A program made the translations under genes and the position numbers. Positions 47,013 through 56,015 of a stretch of DNA of 64,000 nucleotides are shown piece by piece. The stretch is taken from the IMG/VR virus record IMGVR_UViG_3300046694_000315, positions 1 to 64,000 of that record. One strand, written 5' to 3'. Position 1 is the stretch's first letter, and every line of letters begins with the position of its first letter. Source of the stretch: a virus. A model generated the notes under the pieces. It had not been told where the DNA came from, searched no databases, and saw nothing but the letters and a program-made list of their open reading frames with translations.

Positions 47013-48689
47013 TCAGACGGTGGGCGCGGGGGCGTCACGGCCGACGGCCAGCAGCAGACCGCCCCAACGGGCGGCACCGATGCCGTCGTTGTCCAGCCAG
47101 TCGGCACCCTCGGCGTAGGCCGTGCCGAGCAGGTCGTAGGAGTCGGCCAGGGTCATGCGCTCGACATCGTCACCGAGGCGCACCCACGCGTACTTGGAAT
47201 CCATCACCGCGCGGAACCGGCTTTCCTCCTCGGCGTTCTCCGCCATGAGCCGGACGATTCCGACCGCTCCACCGTCGAAGTACTCCAGCGGATTCCGGCC
47301 GTCGTTGCGGCTGTTGTCCGCCGCAGAATCCGACTCGCTGTTCTGCGGGGCCTCCTCGGCGATTTCCGGGGCAATCTCCTCGACGACGGGCGCGGGGGCC
47401 GGGGTCTCCTCGACGGGGGCCGGGGCGGGCGTCTCCGCCTTCTTGCGGGGGGTGCGCGGCTTCTTGGCCGGGTCGATCTCGTAGGCCTTGGGCTCCGGCA
47501 CGGCGGTCTCAACCAGGGTGCAGCGGGTGAGGACGGTGGCCTTGATGCCCTTGTACTCGTCGTGCTCCTTGACCGTGCCACGGAAGGTGACGCGCACGCC
47601 CGTGTTCTCGCCGAGGGCGTTGTTGGACGCGAACCACTTCACGATGACGCCGGACAGTTCGTCGCGGACCTGGTAGATGGTGGTCGCGCCGTACAGGCCG
47701 TCGGTGTAGCGGATGGACTCGATCATGCCGGTGAAGGTGATCCGGGAGCCCTTGATGCCCTTGGCCTTGTCGGGCACGGTGCCGATCCACTCGGAGGGCT
47801 TCTCGTTGCGCGCCTTACGGATCAGGGTCTGCTCGTTGAAGCGGGCCCAGGCCTGCGGAGCGCTCACGAGGATGCCGAAGTTGCGCGAGGAGACGCGCTT
47901 GCCGCCAGCGATGGCCTTCAGGTTGAGGACGTACTCAGACGTGCCGCTGAAGTCGTCGGAGAGGATGAACGCGCGGATCTCGGCGGCCTTGCCCTTGGCC
48001 TCGGCAGCGAGCGGGCGCATGGCGTCGGCGAACTCCTTGTCGCGGCGGGCCTTGCCGGGGTTGATGGCGTTGCGCACGAGCGTCACGGTGGGGGTGGCGT
48101 GGTAGTCCTGGGAGCGGACGAAGCCGAAGGCCTTGACGCACGCCCAGGCGTAGGCGAGGACGGTCTCGGTGGACACGTCGCGGTCGCCTCCGCCGAAGCC
48201 GAAGAACTCCTTCTCCTCGTCGTCGTCGGCGGGGGTGGAGGGCCACGAGATGCCGGTATCCCAGCCGAGGAAGTCCTTGATGCACTGGCGGCCGATCTGC
48301 TTCTCCTCGCCGGTCTCCTCGTTCTTGACGAGGAAGGTCTCGCGGCGCATGCGCTTCTTCTGGCAGTGGTCGCACCAGCCCTCGCGCAGGCCGTCGCGGT
48401 CGACGGAGTGGACGCCGGGCGCGGTGCGTACGATCAGGCCCGCGTTCTCGTCCCAGTCCAGGGTGGCGAGGAAGGTCCAGCCGTTGTGCTTGGGGGCCTC
48501 GCCCGTGAACTCGACGTCGTACATGATCTCGACGACCTCGAAGCCCATGTCGTCCTTGCTCTTGACCTCGACCTCGGTGACCTTCAGGTCCAGGCGGCCG
48601 GTCAGTCCCTTCTTCGACGCGCGGGCGTTGATCTTCTCGATCTTCTCCAGCGTGTTGGTGAGCTGGAAGTGGTCGATGCGAGCAGTCAC
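47013..48689 (-). CDS. Conserved phage protein (Zn site plus probable C-terminal OB-fold)
   Basis: CDHC...R.R...QIG.QC..DFLG and YG......WFAS...GTVK.H.EYKG...T.LTRC; promoter at 48729-48757. Confidence 0.7.
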   Translation of the reverse strand: MTARIDHFQLTNTLEKIEKINARASKKGLTGRLDLKVTEVEVKSKDDMGFEVVEIMYDVEFTGEAPKHNGWTFLATLDWDENAGLIVRTAPGVHSVDRDGLREGWCDHCQKKRMRRETFLVKNEETGEEKQIGRQCIKDFLGWDTGISWPSTPADDDEEKEFFGFGGGDRDVSTETVLAYAWACVKAFGFVRSQDYHATPTVTLVRNAINPGKARRDKEFADAMRPLAAEAKGKAAEIRAFILSDDFSGTSEYVLNLKAIAGGKRVSSRNFGILVSAPQAWARFNEQTLIRKARNEKPSEWIGTVPDKAKGIKGSRITFTGMIESIRYTDGLYGATTIYQVRDELSGVIVKWFASNNALGENTGVRVTFRGTVKEHDEYKGIKATVLTRCTLVETAVPEPKAYEIDPAKKPRTPRKKAETPAPAPVEETPAPAPVVEEIAPEIAEEAPQNSESDSAADNSRNDGRNPLEYFDGGAVGIVRLMAENAEEESRFRAVMDSKYAWVRLGDDVERMTLADSYDLLGTAYAEGADWLDNDGIGAARWGGLLLAVGRDAPAPTV

Positions 48690-48855
48690 GGGGGGCCTCC
48701 TGTTGCGGGGCGGTTGTTGACGGGCACGACGTTACGGGTACGCATACCGCTTGTCAACCGCTTCCGCTCAACGGCTTTCCATGCTTCTATTTGCGGACAC
48801 GAAAGGCCCCCACCGGCCAGCTCGACACGGTGGGGGCCTTTTGCATGCCCGGGGA

Positions 48856-49347
48856 CTACTCGACCCGATACAGCGACCCGCTGATGTTGCGGCGCACGAG
48901 GCGTTGCAGGTGACGCCAGCCGGTGATCCTGTCCTGCGGGGCAGGGACGGCGTGGGCGGCCTCCCACACCGTCTGAGTGCGCCGGGCCAGCGCGGACCAC
49001 TGGTTTGCGTCGATCAGCGGAGCGCAGTCCGGGCAGGCGGCCCAGTCATCCTTGTAGGCCTGCATCCGACCGGTCCTCGGGTCGATCCCGGCGAGAAATT
49101 CCGACACGGGCAGGAACCAGATTTCCGTCTCCAGATCCGTGTTGCAGAAGTCGCAGCGGCCCAGCAGTTTTCCGGTTTTCGCGTTGACCGGAACCGCCTT
49201 ATGGCCCACCAGCGAATCCTGCGCGAAGTGCTCCCAGGATTCCGATCCGTCCTTGGCCTTGATGAACGCCAGCGCCCGGTGGCAGATCTTGCAGACCATG
49301 CTCTCGTCGGGCGCGGTGTCCAGCATCCGCCGCTCTTCCTCGGTCAC
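48856..49347 (-). CDS. Hypothetical Zn-binding protein
   Basis: CKIC, CDFC and WAAC..C motifs. Confidence 0.6.
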   Translation of the reverse strand: MTEEERRMLDTAPDESMVCKICHRALAFIKAKDGSESWEHFAQDSLVGHKAVPVNAKTGKLLGRCDFCNTDLETEIWFLPVSEFLAGIDPRTGRMQAYKDDWAACPDCAPLIDANQWSALARRTQTVWEAAHAVPAPQDRITGWRHLQRLVRRNISGSLYRVE

Positions 49348-49751
49348 CGGGTGATCTCCTGGCCCGGCTTGAGGATGCGGAACTGGGTGCCGTCCTCGGC
49401 CATCAGCTCCTCGCCGTTCTCCATGTCGGTGATGTGCGCGGCCAGCTCGCCGTAGCGGAAGTCCCGGCGCTGCATCTCGTTGGTGAGGGCGCCCCAGGCG
49501 GCGTCGTGGCCGCTCTTCTCCGAGGTGCCCACCGTGCGCCATCCGGCGCCCTCGTGGTTGTCCTTGATCTGGGCCCAGTGCACCGGGGCGGTGCTCGGCG
49601 CGTTGTCGAGGTACCAGCTCCTGGCGTCCTGGAACAGCTTGGTCGTGAAGTCGGAGCTGTCCAGCGTCGGGAACTTCTCGCGGTGGCCGTCGATCAGCAG
49701 GGCGGAGACCTGCGCGAGGGTGAGGCTGATGTCGAACGTCGGCTCGCTCAT
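49344..49751 (-). CDS. Hypothetical protein
   Basis: AAGGAG RBS and promoter TTGACA-N17-TAGGTT (49794-49822). Confidence 0.65.
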   Translation of the reverse strand: MSEPTFDISLTLAQVSALLIDGHREKFPTLDSSDFTTKLFQDARSWYLDNAPSTAPVHWAQIKDNHEGAGWRTVGTSEKSGHDAAWGALTNEMQRRDFRYGELAAHITDMENGEELMAEDGTQFRILKPGQEITR

Positions 49752-49836
49752 CGTTCGCTCCTTGTTAGGGCGGGGTGGTTGGTGACGAGGACGAACCTAG
49801 TCACTGCAATACGCATTGTCAAGCGATCTCGTAAAA

Positions 49837-50055
49837 CTACTTGTCAGCGGTGTACTTCCGGCGCACGATTCGGACCGGGGGCTTCTGCACGACCATGACG
49901 TCCTGGCCGGGCTTGACGGCGACGGTCTCGACGTCCGTGGCACCGTCGGCCCGGAGCTGGTCGACGCGGTGCTGGGCGCTGGCCTTGTCGTAGCCGCATA
50001 CGGACACATGCCGTACGCCCGTGGTGTCGGTCCACAGGACCTTGATGTTGATCAC
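49837..50055 (-). CDS. Hypothetical protein
   Basis: GGAG RBS. Confidence 0.55.
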   Translation of the reverse strand: MINIKVLWTDTTGVRHVSVCGYDKASAQHRVDQLRADGATDVETVAVKPGQDVMVVQKPPVRIVRRKYTADK

Positions 50056-50070
50056 GGAGTGCTCTCCTGC

Positions 50071-50475
50071 TCAAGTGGTCTTGGACCAGCGGGTGTTCGA
50101 GTAGCGCTGGTACTCCTCGGGGGTCAGCCGCTCCTCGATGCGGTTGTATCCCTTGGTGCCCACCTGGGTGAAGTCGATGACCCACTCCAGGCCCTCGCGG
50201 ATCAATTTCTCGCGGGTGGACACACCTCTGATGATCAGGCTGTTGGCCGTCCGGTGCCCGAGCGCGTCGTGGCCGAGGAGGTCGTGCAGCTCGGTGCCAG
50301 CGCACGAGGAACAACCGGCGTCGGACACGTACTGCTGCTCGGCCATCTGCTCGCGGATGCGCGGGGCGAGGAAGTCGAACCACATGTGGGCTTGCGCTTT
50401 GGCCTTGGGCCTGCTCCAGCCGTGCGCAACCATGTACGCGCGCAGCTCCTCGACGATCTCAGCGTCGGTGGCCAT
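50071..50475 (-). CDS. Hypothetical protein, possibly with an RNAP alpha-CTD-like HhH region
   Basis: LG.RTANSL...G..T...L..........VG.KG...I pattern. Confidence 0.5.
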   Translation of the reverse strand: MATDAEIVEELRAYMVAHGWSRPKAKAQAHMWFDFLAPRIREQMAEQQYVSDAGCSSCAGTELHDLLGHDALGHRTANSLIIRGVSTREKLIREGLEWVIDFTQVGTKGYNRIEERLTPEEYQRYSNTRWSKTT

Positions 50476-50488
50476 GATGTGCTCCTGC

Positions 50489-50731
50489 TCAGACAAGGGT
50501 GGTGGCGTTGGCGACGTGCGGGCAGCCCTGCGCAATGTAGTCCTGCCAACTGACAATGTTGTTCCGCGTGGCCTGGATGCGGGTCATGAACAGCCGCTGC
50601 TTGCGGGCGGTCTTCTCTCCGCGCCAGCGGCGCTCCAGGGCGGCCAGTTCGCATGTGCGCTGGGAGATCAGCTTGTCCGCTGCCTTCTGCCGGTCGGCGA
50701 GGCGGTGGGAACGGAACGGGCTGGTGGCCAT
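50489..50731 (-). CDS. Hypothetical protein
   Basis: Leader, AGGAGG and a promoter at 50771-50799. Confidence 0.6.
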   Translation of the reverse strand: MATSPFRSHRLADRQKAADKLISQRTCELAALERRWRGEKTARKQRLFMTRIQATRNNIVSWQDYIAQGCPHVANATTLV

Positions 50732-50822
50732 CTGCGGCGCCTCCTGGTGTGGGGTGCTCTTGCAGGAGAAACGCTAAGGGGACCGCTTGAGGTTGTCAAG
50801 CGATCCCCTGATATTGCTTGCG

Positions 50823-51146
50823 TCAGTTGCCGACCAGCCTTGCGCGTGCCTCCAGCGCTCGCTGGAGCAGTGCCTGCTCGCCTTCGTCGACCATCTGCTG
50901 TTCCGCGATGAGTTGCTCAAGGGGCGGAAGCGCCAGCCGGATGCCGTCCGGCAGGCCGTCGGTCAGCTCCTTGAGCGGGGCGCCTTCGAGCGGGATCCGA
51001 ACGTTGAGCCCCACGTCGGCGACGGTGATATCGAAGGACAGCACGTCGGTCAAGTAGACCGAGACGGTGCCCCCTGTGGACAGCAATTCGGTCAGCTCGT
51101 CCGTGGTGAGTTCGACCTGATCGAACTCTTCGTCGTCCGGCATCAC
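50823..51146 (-). CDS. Hypothetical protein
   Basis: Acidic protein, coupled operon. Confidence 0.5.
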   Translation of the reverse strand: MMPDDEEFDQVELTTDELTELLSTGGTVSVYLTDVLSFDITVADVGLNVRIPLEGAPLKELTDGLPDGIRLALPPLEQLIAEQQMVDEGEQALLQRALEARARLVGN

Positions 51147-51481
51147 TCGCTCATCAGTTGTTCGGTCTCGTCGACCGTCTCGCTGACGGCGTCGAAGGCG
51201 GCCGTCCAGGCGGCGTTGACGGCCTCGTAGGGCAGCGGGTGGTCCGCGAGGTCGACGCCGGGGGGAACGGGGCCGTCAAGGGCGAACGTGCCGTCCAGCG
51301 GGTCCCACTTCAGCCCGGCCGCCGCCAGCTCCGCGTTGAACCGTGCGGAGTGCTGTCGGGCCAGCTCAGCGACCAGGGCGGCCGGAGGGCTGTCGTACCC
51401 CGCCTGGGTCTCCAGGAAGCCCGTCCACTCCTGCTGGAGGGTGGGGAGGTCGAAGCCGGGGAGTTGGTGGTTGATGCTCAT
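51143..51481 (-). CDS. Hypothetical protein
   Basis: GAGG RBS. Confidence 0.55.
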   Translation of the reverse strand: MSINHQLPGFDLPTLQQEWTGFLETQAGYDSPPAALVAELARQHSARFNAELAAAGLKWDPLDGTFALDGPVPPGVDLADHPLPYEAVNAAWTAAFDAVSETVDETEQLMSE

Positions 51482-51483
51482 GG

Positions 51484-51726
51484 TCAGTAGTCCTCATCCC
51501 ATCGCTCCCCCGCGTACGTGGGGTCGAAGCCTGCCGGGGGCACGTCGGAGAAGGGGGCGTACTTGCGTACGATCTCCTCCTGCTTCTTCAGCCGCGCCGT
51601 CCAGTGGGTGGCGCAGCGCGGGAAGGACTGGCCGGTGCCGGACAGCGGGTCGCGGTACTCCACGGGGCCGCTGCACTCGCCCGTGTGGTCCTCCAGGCAC
51701 TTCGGCTCTTCGTGCTGCTCGCTCAC
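51484..51726 (-). CDS. Hypothetical protein
   Basis: CL.....C.G.VEYR..LSGTG..FPRC..H and FDPTYAGERWD. Confidence 0.65.
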   Translation of the reverse strand: MSEQHEEPKCLEDHTGECSGPVEYRDPLSGTGQSFPRCATHWTARLKKQEEIVRKYAPFSDVPPAGFDPTYAGERWDEDY

Positions 51727-51965
51727 TTCGGCTCCGTCTCGCGCAGGTGCTGCTCTCCGGCCGCGACGTCGCCCCACTGGGCACCGTTCTCGGCGTGGGC
51801 CAGGATCTCCTCGGCGGGGGCGTAGCCGGTCTGCTCGTCCACGCTCTTGAAGACGCCCGCGTTGTCCAACGTCTCCAGTGCGGTGATGGCGCGCTCGCTG
51901 TTGTCGCCGTCCCAGCCCTTGCGCAGCCAGGCCAGCGCCTCGATGACGTCGTTGCTGTATGTCAT
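51723..51965 (-). CDS. Hypothetical protein
   Basis: GAGGAG RBS. Confidence 0.55.
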   Translation of the reverse strand: MTYSNDVIEALAWLRKGWDGDNSERAITALETLDNAGVFKSVDEQTGYAPAEEILAHAENGAQWGDVAAGEQHLRETEPK

Positions 51966-51967
51966 GG

Positions 51968-52372
51968 TCAGTTCTCCTCGTCGATGATCTCGATGACGTC
52001 CGTGCGGGACAGCATCTTCGTCGCCGCGTTGTGTCGGGCGTTCGCCTGTACCTGCACGATGCCGCCGTTCTCGACGCGGGACGTACGCAGCCAGGAGAAG
52101 GTGTCTCCGCGTACCTTGCGAACGGCCGCGAGGAACGCGTCGAAGCCGACCTGCTCCAGGGTGCCTCCGGCGGCGTCGCGGATCTCCAGGAACGCCACTG
52201 CGGTCGCTTCGGCGTTGGTGACGGCGTCCAGCACGTGCGGGGAGGTCATGCGGCTGCCGATGTTGAGCGGCGCGCGCAGCAGCTCAGCGAAGTCGTTGCG
52301 GGCCTTCTCGGCCTCCTTGACGGCGTCGCTGATGGTCCGCTCGATGTACCCGGCGGTGGCCTTGGCGTCCAT
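51968..52372 (-). CDS. Hypothetical protein
   Basis: AGGAG RBS. Confidence 0.6.
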   Translation of the reverse strand: MDAKATAGYIERTISDAVKEAEKARNDFAELLRAPLNIGSRMTSPHVLDAVTNAEATAVAFLEIRDAAGGTLEQVGFDAFLAAVRKVRGDTFSWLRTSRVENGGIVQVQANARHNAATKMLSRTDVIEIIDEEN

Positions 52373-52588
52373 GGGTTACTCCTGGTCTCGTATCGCTGCG
52401 TGCTTGGCAGTCTTGCGGGTGCGCTGCTTGCGGGGGCGGGAATCGTGTCCTCCGGCCGCTCCGCTGCGCCGACGTTCCTGCACGGCGCGGATGTGCTCGG
52501 GGTCCTGCTGGGCGTGCATGGGTGCCTCCTGGGGCTGGTACGGGAGATACCAGGTTATTGGTCCTCCCGTACCGCTTCCCAACTACGG

Positions 52589-53455
52589 CTACCTGCGGTC
52601 GGCGCGCTTCTTGGCCTCGGCGAGGACGGTCTCGGTGTCCTTGCCCTCCTTGTGGGCGACGGCCTTGGCGACGTCGTCCAGGGACTCCTTGCGGTAGGAG
52701 GGGTGCGCGCCGCCCTTGTTCCAGAAGTAGTAGTCCGTGAGCCAGCCACGGGCCGCGTGCAGGGTCTCCAGGGTGTCGTACGCGTCGTGGGCCGGGTGGA
52801 CCTTGACGACCACGCCGTTGCGGACGACCTGGCGCTCGGGGTAGTGGCCCTTGAAGACCTTCAGCGGGGTGCCGTCGGGGTTGGCGATGGCCTTGGCGGC
52901 CTTCTTCGCCTCGCGCTCGGCCTTCTTGGCTTCGCGCTCCAGGCGGGCAGCCTTCTTGTCGACGGACTCCAGCCGGGTCTTGCGCTTGAGGGTGTCGGTG
53001 GGGGCCCAGGGGAAGCAGCGGGTGCATGCCTTCTCCCCGGCCAGCTCGACGAGGTCCTCGGCCGTCATGCCGGACTGCTCGACCAGCCACGCGTACTGGG
53101 TGGTGGGGAAGCAGGTGTCGCAGTACTGGTCCTTGTGGACGTGGCCGTTGGTGTTGTCGACGAGGTAGTACCGGGTCCAGCGGCGCGAGTGGTACCTGGC
53201 CTCGCGGGGGTAGATCTCGCCCTGGAGGATCTCCTGGATGCGCTCCTGGAGGGTCTCGATCTCGGCGACCAGCTCGGCGCGGCGCTCCGGCGAGCGGCTC
53301 GGCAGGAGGGAGTCGTAGGAGCCGGGCTCGGTGTCGTCGATGATGTTGATGAACTGCTGGGCGCGGTGCTGCTGGGCGGTCAGGTCGGCGGTCTTGACGT
53401 AGGCCGCGTACAGCGCGGTGTCGATCTCGGCCGGGGTGGCGTTGGTGAGGTCCAT
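52589..53455 (-). CDS. Conserved actinophage hypothetical protein (Zn-binding)
   Basis: W.RY.LV.N.NGHVH....C.TC...C..CFP.AP; leader and promoter at 53496-53524. Confidence 0.7.
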   Translation of the reverse strand: MDLTNATPAEIDTALYAAYVKTADLTAQQHRAQQFINIIDDTEPGSYDSLLPSRSPERRAELVAEIETLQERIQEILQGEIYPREARYHSRRWTRYYLVDNTNGHVHKDQYCDTCFPTTQYAWLVEQSGMTAEDLVELAGEKACTRCFPWAPTDTLKRKTRLESVDKKAARLEREAKKAEREAKKAAKAIANPDGTPLKVFKGHYPERQVVRNGVVVKVHPAHDAYDTLETLHAARGWLTDYYFWNKGGAHPSYRKESLDDVAKAVAHKEGKDTETVLAEAKKRADRR

Positions 53456-53510
53456 CGTGTTGCCTCCTGGTGTGGAGCGGTTGGTGACAGGTACGACCTT
53501 ACGGGGGCGC

Positions 53511-53846
53511 CTACTGCTTGTCAAGCGAAATGGGGTTACCGCTTGCGTCGATGTACTGCTCGATGTCGTAGCCCATGTTCAGGCTGTTCAGCCGCTTCGC
53601 GCCGATCGACTTCACGCGCAGTTCCAGGCGCTTGGTCCAGTCGGCGACGTCGGCCGGGGAGACCGGACCGATCTCGCACTGGCGCAGCCAGAGGATGGGG
53701 TCGAAGCGGTCGCTGGTGCCGGTGAGGGCGTCGGCGATGTTGTAGGCGATGTTGCGGCGGGCGTTGAAGTCCTGGTCGTCGGAGTCGGCGATGGCTGCGG
53801 ACAGGGTCTCGTAGTCGCTGCGGCTCATGTTGCGGGGCGCGGGCAT
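53511..53846 (-). CDS. Hypothetical protein
   Basis: AGGAGG RBS; MSR.DY...RFD...W pattern. Confidence 0.55.
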   Translation of the reverse strand: MPAPRNMSRSDYETLSAAIADSDDQDFNARRNIAYNIADALTGTSDRFDPILWLRQCEIGPVSPADVADWTKRLELRVKSIGAKRLNSLNMGYDIEQYIDASGNPISLDKQ

Positions 53847-53949
53847 GGCGGGCTCCTCCTGGTGCGGGGATTGATGTTCGCGGGAACAGTACGGGCCGCC
53901 CGGCTCAGGTGTCGAGTCGGACGGCCCGTACGCAGGGGGTGCGTATGGA

Positions 53950-54183
53950 TCACGTGGTGGGGCGGGTCAGGTGGTAGAACTTGCTGCCGTGGACGCGGAT
54001 GGTGTACCGGGTCGCGTCGGAGGACTCCACGAGCCGCGCCCTGTCGTAGATGGCGAGGTCCTTCCATGCCTGCTCGGCATCGGCCGGGACCATCTGGGCC
54101 GAGCTGGGGTCGTAGCCCAGGATCTCGGTGAACTCTGCCTTGATCTGGAGCATCTTCTTCGAGCCCCGGGGGATGGTGCGCAT
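53950..54183 (-). CDS. Hypothetical protein
   Basis: AGGAG RBS. Confidence 0.55.
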   Translation of the reverse strand: MRTIPRGSKKMLQIKAEFTEILGYDPSSAQMVPADAEQAWKDLAIYDRARLVESSDATRYTIRVHGSKFYHLTRPTT

Positions 54184-54200
54184 GGGTGTCTCCTGTCTGT

Positions 54201-55055
54201 TCAGGCGGCGATGCGGGTGCGGCTGCCACCGATGGCGTGCTGGCTGCTGAGGCGGGCGGACTGCGCGGCGCTGTCTCCGGCGCGGCGGGCGGAGGTGCTG
54301 TAGGTGGTGCTGTTGGCGCCCTTCCAGGAGCCACGGGCCCTGGAGGTCTTCGAGTAGTAGTCGTGGACCTCCTTCTGCTTGTCCGCGAGGACGAGGGCGG
54401 CGGAGACCTCGATCTCGTACTCGACGCCGTTGTCCTTGCCGATGCTGGGGACGGTGTAGGTGTTCTTCTTGGCCTCCTCCAGGGCCTCCTGGCGGGCCGA
54501 CCACAGGCGGGAGGAGATGCGGCGGGTGAAGGCGTCGTAGAAGTTGGCGCGGGCGGTGCGGCCGTCCATGGGCTTGGTGACGGTCTGGTAGTCCCACTCG
54601 CCCCAGTACGCGTCCCAGACCTTCTTCTTGCCGGTCACCTGCTCCTTCTTGTACTCGCCGGTCTTCAGCCAGGCGTTGGCGGACTCGGTCATCTGCACGA
54701 GCAGGGAGGCGTAGAGGGCCTCGACGACCTCGATGTCGCTGGGCATCCCGAAGGCGATGACGTAGGTGGAGTTCATCGCGATGTTCAACTGGACGTCGTT
54801 GTTGTCGGCGACGGCCATGAACAGTTCGACCAGGCGGGCGTTGTTGTTCTTGCGGGGCTGGCCGATGGTGATGCGCTTGTGGGTGGGCTGCTCGCGCTGC
54901 TCCCGCTTGGCGGTGTGCTGGCGGGCTACGGCCAGGTCGATGCTGGTGAGGGTGGCCATGGCCTGCGCCTTGCGCATGTAGGCCTCGGCCTCTTCGGGGG
55001 TGGAGGCGTTCTCGGCCTTGTTGAGGATCTTGGCCAGCTTGTCGAGGGTGCTCAT
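54201..55055 (-). CDS. DUF2786 domain protein
   Basis: LDK..K.L.KAE..STPEEA.A...KAQ.M at the N-terminus; G..SD.E.V..LY.SL. Confidence 0.85.
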   Translation of the reverse strand: MSTLDKLAKILNKAENASTPEEAEAYMRKAQAMATLTSIDLAVARQHTAKREQREQPTHKRITIGQPRKNNNARLVELFMAVADNNDVQLNIAMNSTYVIAFGMPSDIEVVEALYASLLVQMTESANAWLKTGEYKKEQVTGKKKVWDAYWGEWDYQTVTKPMDGRTARANFYDAFTRRISSRLWSARQEALEEAKKNTYTVPSIGKDNGVEYEIEVSAALVLADKQKEVHDYYSKTSRARGSWKGANSTTYSTSARRAGDSAAQSARLSSQHAIGGSRTRIAA

Positions 55056-55143
55056 GTGGTGCTCCTCCTGGTGTGAGGCGGTTGGTGTGTGGTGAACGCT
55101 ACGGGCTCGGGGAACCCTTGTCAAGCGATTCCCCGAAGTCGTT

Positions 55144-55659
55144 TTACACGCTGGCGAGGCTGCCGAAGCGGACGCCGTGCTGGGCGTACGAGTCGGTGAG
55201 CAGGAGGCCGACCTCGGGGCCCATGACCTCGCGCACCATGTGCAGGAAGGTGCTGGCGAACGCGGGGCCGTGGGCCTCGCCGTGGTTGGCCAGGTGGTGG
55301 CTCAGTTCGTGCAGGATGACGATCTCCCGCAGGGCCCAGCCGCTGCTGTTCGTGCGGTCGGGGATGGCCAGGGTGCGGGTCAGGGGCTCGTAGTGGGCGA
55401 AGCGCCGTCCCGCCCGGCGTCGCACGTGGACCGGCAGGACGGTGCGCTCGGGCCACATGTCCTTGACCCAGTTGAGGCCGAGGACGGCGTCGATGTAGCG
55501 CTGGATGGACTCCAGGTCGCCGAACTTGCGCTCCAGGGGCACCAGCAGGCTGGAGCCGTAGAAGTCGAAGGTGGGCACGTCGGCCTTGGCGAGGGATTCG
55601 AGGATGTCGCGGACGAAGTACTCGGCGTCGTAGACGCGCTGGCGCTGGTTGTCTCGCAT
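55144..55659 (-). CDS. HEXXH metallohydrolase (TIGR04338 / Rv0185-like)
   Basis: RD.QR.RVY.AE, ERKF, AHYE, WALRE.V.LHELSHH and HG..F. Confidence 0.85.
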   Translation of the reverse strand: MRDNQRQRVYDAEYFVRDILESLAKADVPTFDFYGSSLLVPLERKFGDLESIQRYIDAVLGLNWVKDMWPERTVLPVHVRRRAGRRFAHYEPLTRTLAIPDRTNSSGWALREIVILHELSHHLANHGEAHGPAFASTFLHMVREVMGPEVGLLLTDSYAQHGVRFGSLASV

Positions 55660-55661
55660 GG

Positions 55662-56015
55662 TCAGACCTCCTTGCCGGTGAGGGCGGCGAGGACCCGGCG
55701 CTTGGCCTCGGCGAGGCCGTGCTGGAATCCCTCGGCGCGGATCACGGCACCGATGCGCGCGGCTTCGCGGCGGGCGCTGCGCTCGGGCATGCCTCCGTCC
55801 TCCAGCCGGACGGCGAGGTCGTTGATCTCCAACTGGGCGGTGCGGCCGTTGAGGCCGACGACGGGGCGGCCCTTGTCGCGGCCCGCGTTGTAGACGTCGT
55901 CGAGGGCGCGGCGCAGGTCGTCCATGTTGAGGTCGTCGCCCTGGCCCACGAGGTTGAAGACCTCGGTGTACTTGGCTTCGAGGGCGAGGTAGTCGCGGAC
56001 GCTGCTGTCGGCCAT
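55662..56015 (-). CDS. Hypothetical protein
   Basis: Leader, AGGAGG and a promoter at 56061-56088. Confidence 0.6.
   Translation of the reverse strand: MADSSVRDYLALEAKYTEVFNLVGQGDDLNMDDLRRALDDVYNAGRDKGRPVVGLNGRTAQLEINDLAVRLEDGGMPERSARREAARIGAVIRAEGFQHGLAEAKRRVLAALTGKEV

Larger units (their letters stand above)
15060..55148. promoter_or_regulatory. Dispersed 30-bp inverted repeat YGTCAAGC-N14-GCTTGACR overlapping -35 boxes (at least 17 copies)
   Basis: Starts at 15060, 16749, 21767, 23152, 30257, 31072, 32383, 35541, 39230, 42234, 45523, 46874, 48752, 49817, 50794, 53519 and 55119. Confidence 0.8.
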
